Assembly: GCA_050613775.1 (NCBI GenBank)
Contig: JBODTK010000156.1
Coordinates: forward strand, 248,001 to 312,000
Source: Neocallimastix sp. 'constans'
Taxonomy: Eukaryota
Direction of reading: 5' to 3'
Length of the DNA stretch: 64,000 nt
The stretch's first letter is position 1, and each line of letters opens with the position of its first letter. The notes under the pieces are model-generated. The model saw only the letters and a program-made list of their open reading frames with translations, did no database searches and was not told where the DNA came from. Shown one piece after another: positions 58,200-64,000 of the stretch. The position numbers and the translations under genes are program-made.

Positions 58200-60650
58200 A
58201 GCCACAAATCTAATGAATAAGTGTAATATTATAAAGATACGGTTCATTTCTCTTTGGAACGTAGCTGGAGCACCTGTTAAACCGAAGGGCATTACCTTAA
58301 ATTGGTAGTTTCCGAATTTAGTTGTAAAAGTAGTGATTTCAACGCTATCATCATACATTAATATTTGATGATAGCCGGAATAAAGATCTAATGTTGAGAA
58401 GATTTTTGCTCCATATAAACTATCAAAAATTTCCTCAATGCTTGGTAAAGAGTAAGAATCCTTCTTAGTTGCTTCATTAACTTTTCTATAATCAATACAC
58501 AGGCGCCATTTACCATTCTTTTTAGACACTAGTACTACTGGTGATGACCATTCTGAACATGAAGGTTCAATAAAACATTTATATATGAGTTTGGTTAATT
58601 CTTCTTTTAAGATATCTGTTTTTAATTTACTAAGACGATAAAATTTTTGTTTAATAGGTTTAACTCCTTCCTTAAGAATAACTTTGTGTGGTGATAAATC
58701 TGAAGGAGTTAATTCTTCAGAAGAAGTTGCGATTATATCAATATGTTCTTCAAGTAATTTAGTAATAGCTTCTCTATAATTTGAATTAATTGTACTTTGA
58801 AAAACTGAGTCATATATATATTTTATGGGTGATAATCCTTCAATCGTTTTTCAATTGTTGCTTAGCTTCTTGATGATTCAATGCCTTGATTACACACAAT
58901 AATTTTTCTTCATCATCATATTCATTATTTATTGGTGTAATTTCATCATTTAAACCTTGATCATTAAATCGACAAAGACTATATCTAATTGGATGTATAA
59001 ATAATTGGTTATCAATTTGAGTTTTGAGATTGATTAATATATCATAGAATGGATCCTCCTTATCTATAATTCTACACGTAACAAGTAGTTCTAGTTCATT
59101 AATTTTTACGGGAACTTTGATTAGCAAATCTTCTGAGTAATCATCATTCATCGTTGCTAAACGTATTCGTCCTGCACTAACTCCTATAGGCTCATACTGA
59201 TAAGGTAATTTGTCTAAAAAATTGTTTTGTGATAATACTTAAGTTACTACATGAATCTATTAAAGCCTTACCACGAACTCCATCTACTATTACATCAACC
59301 ATAGCAATATCATCTTCTTGTGGTTCATGATGTTTACTTTTATATGTATGATCTATATTGTTCGTTATTATTGTAGTAGCACACATATTATCCACTGCAC
59401 CTGAAATTTCAGTATTATTCTTTTCTAATTTAAGTCCTTGAGATACTTGAGACCTTATCTCTGGAGCAACGTCTAATAATTGTTCAAATGTAATATTGCA
59501 AATACTAGAGTTTAAATCTTTTATCACTTCATAACTATCACAATCAGCTTGCATTTGTGTTCTTCTTAGAATTCTAGTTGGCATAATTTCAGTTGACTTT
59601 TCTGATGATTTTTCTTGAATTAATTTATTCAAAATTTGTTTAGAACTATTTCCTTCCTGAGAAGTTTCTTCATTAATAACATTAACATTACTATTTTTAT
59701 TATTTTCCACAGAAATACTAGTACTAGCTCTTTCCTTATCTCTTAGCTCTTTCTCAATTCTCTTTTCTATTCTAGGTTGAGCCATAATCGAAGGATGTAA
59801 TTGAGATGTTGGCTTTTTGACTGGTCGCGATGTTCCCCTTAATTGATTTTCTTTTTGTTTTCGTAAACCTGGAGTAACTATTGGCTTAGGATTATCTCTT
59901 AGACTACGGTGAACCCTCTTTTCTCTTTGGTCACTGGTCTCTTCATCTTTATGATTTGCCTTTCTCTTTATAACGTTTACTAAGTAATCCAATTCTTTGG
60001 AACCATCCGGCTCATTATCAAAATCTTCATAATAATCCATAGTAGTACCCTCTTGGAAATCAGCATTTTCTTCATAATCATCATCTCTTTTAAGTCAACT
60101 GTTATAGGACAATGGCAGACTGAAGCAATTTTTTTGACGATGGGAGTGCTTCTACTCCCTTTTAGTGGTTTAAATGATTTTCATAAAACTTCTTGCGGTT
60201 ATTTTCCAATATAGAATTTAATTTAGGACAGTTTCGTTTAGTATGTCCTTCATTGCTACAAAACCAGTAAGTACTAATTTTCATTTCTTTCATCTTGTAA
60301 GTGAGATTTTCTATAGATACATTTTTGTGGGTTTTTGGTTTGTTAAAATCATTTGAAATGTTCTTCTTAAAATTACTTTTAGAGTTAAGGAGATTGTAGC
60401 AAGTCTTATCATAATATTCAGTACCATTTTTAATAGATAAACGATCAACTTTTTCAACTATAGCGAATGCTTTGGTAATAGAAATATGGTCTTTAAGCAT
60501 AACCTTTCTCCATGCGTCAAGATTATTGGTTAAGGAATCTGCATAATCTAAAACACTAATTTTTCTTTTTCTCTTTTTATCCAATTTATGGTACAAAGAT
60601 CTCTAACGGACATTAAAATCTTTAAATTTCTCGTTCTTCTTTATTTCATA
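58200..60650 (-). mobile_element. Decayed Ty3/Gypsy retrotransposon: gag 3' part, protease and N-terminal half of RT
   Basis: Degenerate zinc knuckle YWFCSNEGHTKRNC; protease ALIDSCSNLS; RT WSSPVVLVSKKNGKWRLCIDYRKVN, FSTLDLYSGYHQI and MPFGLTGAPATFQREMN. Truncated before YxDD; no LTR seen. Confidence 0.93.
60122..60174 (-). promoter_or_regulatory. Predicted -1 ribosomal frameshift signal (U UUA AAC plus H-type pseudoknot) at the gag/pol junction
   Basis: caT TTA AAC in the gag frame, 8-nt spacer, stem GGGAGT/ACTCCC, and loop GAAGC complementary to downstream GCTTC. Confidence 0.75.
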
Positions 60651-60840
60651 GTTAACTACTTTATAATAATAATTATTTATTTTATATTAAATTATTAGAG
60701 CAAATTATAATATGATATTTACTTAAATCATTATTTATTAATAAAATTTTCATAATAATATAAAATTATTATTACATAATATTAAATTTTATTTAATAAT
60801 AATAAAATAATAATAATAAAAAAAATAGTAATAATAATAA

Positions 60841-60873
<33 letters not shown>

Positions 60874-61027
60874 TAATAATCATAATCATAATCAAAATCA
60901 TAATCATAATTAATTAATAATAATAATTAATAATTAATAATAATAAATAATTAATAATCATAATCAAAATCAAAATCATAATCATAATTAATTAATAATA
61001 ATAATTAATAATTAATAATAATAATAA

Positions 61028-61059
<32 letters not shown>

Positions 61060-61492
61060 AAAAAATATAAAATATAAAAATTAATAACATTAAATAATAT
61101 TATTATAATAAAAAAATAAAAGTTAACAACATTAAATAATATTATTATAAATTATTATAATAAAAATATAAAAATTAACAACATTAAATAATATTATTAT
61201 TATAGTAAAAATTTTTATTATATTTATATTAAAATAAGATGGAGAGGTCCAAAACGCCAATTTTTTTCACGTGATATATCAAATTTTGAGGCTTTTTAAA
61301 TTAATAGTTATATGATACTATTTTGTTGTATTATTAATTTGTAATTTTTTTCTTAAAATTTATTAAGTGAATAATTAAATAAATTATAATGGTTAGATAA
61401 AAATAAATATTTTTTTACAAAAAAAAAAAATAAAATAAAATATTCAAACAATTAAAAGGTTTAATATATTCAAACAATTAAAAGGTTTATTT

Positions 61493-62500
61493 TAAAAAAA
61501 AATATTAATAAAATACTTTAACAATTATATAGATTTATTTATTTAAAAAAAATATTAATAAAATACCTTAACAATTATATAGATTTATTTATTTAAAAAA
61601 AAATATTAATAAAATACCTTAACAATTATATAGATTTATTTATTTAAAAAAAAATATTAATAAAATACTTTAACAATTATATAGATTTATTTATTTAAAA
61701 AAAAAATATTAATAAAATACTTTAACAATTATATAGATTTATTTATTTAAAAAAAAATATTAATAAAATACTTTAACAATTATATAGATTTATTTATTTA
61801 AAAAAAAATATTAATAAAATACTTTAACAATTATATAGATTTATTTATTTAAAAAAAAAATATTAATAAAATACTTTAACAATTATATAGATTTATTTAT
61901 TTAAAAAAAAATATTAATAAAATACTTTAACAATTATATAGATTTATTTATTTAAAAAAAAATATTAATAAAATACTTTAACAATTATATAGATTTATTT
62001 ATTTAAAAAAAATATTAATAAAATACTTTAACAATTATATAGATTTATTTATTTAAAAAAAATATTAATAAAATACTTTAACAATTATATAGATTTATTT
62101 ATTTAAAAAAAAAATTAATAAAATACTTTAACAATTATATAGATTTATTTATTTAAAAAAAAATATTAATAAAATACTTTAACAATTATATAGATTTATT
62201 TATTTAAAAAATATTAATAAAATATTTAAACAACTATTAATAAAATACTTTAGCAATTATATAGATTTATTTATTTAAAAAAAAATATTAATAAAATACT
62301 TTAACAATTATATAGATTTATTTATTTAAAAAAAAAATTAATAAAATATTTAAACAATTATTAATAAAATTAATTATAAACATTAATAATAAAATATAAA
62401 AATATAAAAATATATTATTGATATTAATATTAAAGTATAAAAATATAGGATTATTTATTTTAAAAAAAATATTAATAAAATATTTAAACAATTATTAATA
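61493..62500 (+). repeat. 50-53-bp tandem array (roughly 16-18 copies) inside the putative MULE
   Basis: Unit aatattaataaaatactttaacaattatatagatttatttattt-A(n); copies differ mainly in A-run length and degenerate after ~62215. Confidence 0.95.
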
Positions 62501-62842
62501 AAATAAATTATAATAATAAAATTATAGAATATTTATTTAAACTACATAAATTTTATCAAGAATATAAACATTTTAACTTTTTAATAATTATAAAATTTTA
62601 ATTAATAAATTTAATTATAAGTTTTTGTATGAAAGAATTTTAATGATTTTTTCTTTTGGAAATTCCTCTGTCATTTCATAATTATTTATTATTAAATAAT
62701 ATTTATAAAATATTATTTAAATTAGTTAAACATTCAAACCACAATTTAGTAAGATCACTTCTATCATATTTAATATTAATTAACTTGGCTTCTTTATTTT
62801 TGTATTTTTCAATTAAGATATTAATTTCATCAGTTTTTGTTT

Positions 62843-64000
62843 TTATTTTTTTTTTTTCATTCTCCAAATTCCTTTTATTTTCATTTGGTAATCATAATAT
62901 GATAAATGTTCCTGTTCTTTTAATTTATTTATTAATTCATAAAAATTTGGTTTCATTGGAAATAGTTTATTTAAAGAATTATTGAGTGATTCTGAAGCAT
63001 TATTGGTTATATGTTCAATATTATTATAATAATTCCAACTTTTCATATCGTAACCAATTAAATATGTTTCATAAAAATATTCTAAAAATATTAAAAATTG
63101 ACAAGAATTTTTTTCAATGGATTTAGTTTTAATTAATGAAAAAATATCCATTATGTATTCAGGGTTGATAAATGGTAAGTTTGAAATTCCTTTGTAATAA
63201 TTAAATATTTTTTCATCATCGTTCACTTCATTACGGCACAATTCATTTTTTTTAATTTCTAATAAATTTTTATAATGCCAAATACAGTATTTAATATTTA
63301 TATTAGGAAATATTTTTTTAACTGCTTTGGATATGCCTTTTTCAAAATCGCAATGTACATTTTTTGGTTCAGTTATAATATTATTATTAGAATTTTGTTT
63401 TAATTTATTGAATAACATTTTATATGTTTTTTGCTTTTTATTTCTTAATATTGCATAAGAAGTAGTATAAAAACTATTCAATTCTTTAACGTAAGTTCTT
63501 GTAATAAACACTTGTTGACTAAATTTAGGTGCGATATAAAAAGTACCATCCACAAATATATCATTATTATATTTCTTAAATAATTTTGCTTGAAAAGGGG
63601 ATTGAAAAATTACTAAATCAGAATTTTTGAATATCATAAAATCTTCATTTCGTTCAGTTTTATAATATTCAGATTCATTAGGAATTTCATTAAAAGTTGT
63701 TACATTGGATGGTAGTTTTTTATTAATACTTCTTAATATTAGAGTTTTAACTGAAATATATTCTGGACACGGATATATAAATCCCATTTCTTTAGAAATT
63801 TCTTTATATAGTCTTTTTCGTTTTATATCAAAAGGATTTGAATGTTTTTTAATTTCATCTTTAATTTTATGTTTCATTACAGATAGGGATACACTATATT
63901 CGTTTCCAGGATGATTATGTAAACTCTCATATTTTAAGATTTCTTTCTCATTATTTAAAATAATAAAAGATTTACATTTATTATTTTTTTTATATTCGGT
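62843..64000 (-). CDS. MULE transposase (5'-partial)
   Basis: Frame is open from the window edge (CKSFII..LHNH zinc-finger-like segment). DDE triad FVDGTF, HCDFE and TNNASES, plus CxxH motif CIWHY. Confidence 0.92.
   Translation of the reverse strand, partial: TEYKKNNKCKSFIILNNEKEILKYESLHNHPGNEYSVSLSVMKHKIKDEIKKHSNPFDIKRKRLYKEISKEMGFIYPCPEYISVKTLILRSINKKLPSNVTTFNEIPNESEYYKTERNEDFMIFKNSDLVIFQSPFQAKLFKKYNNDIFVDGTFYIAPKFSQQVFITRTYVKELNSFYTTSYAILRNKKQKTYKMLFNKLKQNSNNNIITEPKNVHCDFEKGISKAVKKIFPNINIKYCIWHYKNLLEIKKNELCRNEVNDDEKIFNYYKGISNLPFINPEYIMDIFSLIKTKSIEKNSCQFLIFLEYFYETYLIGYDMKSWNYYNNIEHITNNASESLNNSLNKLFPMKPNFYELINKLKEQEHLSYYDYQMKIKGIWRMKKKK

Larger units (their letters stand above)
61241..64000 (-). 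mobile_element. Mutator-like DNA transposon (MULE); the other end lies beyond the window
   Basis: MULE transposase ORF; GC-richer putative terminus ggagaggtccaaaacgcc at 61241; subterminal tandem array. Confidence 0.8.

Noticed and set aside
61493..62500. CRISPR-like array next to a transposase
   Set aside because: Pure tandem repeat with no spacers.

Overview
Extremely AT-rich eukaryotic DNA with short AT-rich GT-AG introns and long (AAT)n, (TAAAA)n and poly-A/T tracts. This is most consistent with an anaerobic gut fungus (Neocallimastigomycota), which is an inference from composition and gene style. Host genes: a 5'-partial coiled-coil/membrane protein, an 8-exon Rab GDI (GDI1), an intronless multi-pass membrane protein head-to-head with a large multi-exon gene resembling Fanconi anemia protein FANCA (with a frame-supported GC-AG intron), a 1634-aa ankyrin-repeat protein, a protein with tandem RxxSP repeats, an Atg38/NRBF2-like MIT/coiled-coil gene, and a duplicated PAP2 lipid-phosphate phosphatase (one intact copy, one destroyed by a Copia element). 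Mobile DNA is abundant: several pieces of a LINE group (one with a 15-bp TSD), an apparently complete tRNA-headed SINE with a 14-bp TSD that shares its 3' terminus with the LINEs, Copia LTRs, a decayed Ty3/Gypsy element retaining a U-UUA-AAC slippery site plus an H-type pseudoknot, and a Mutator-like element with a 50-53-bp subterminal tandem array. Best leads: the SINE/LINE pair, the FANCA-like gene and the frameshift signal. All homology calls come from motif recognition by eye, not from database searches.
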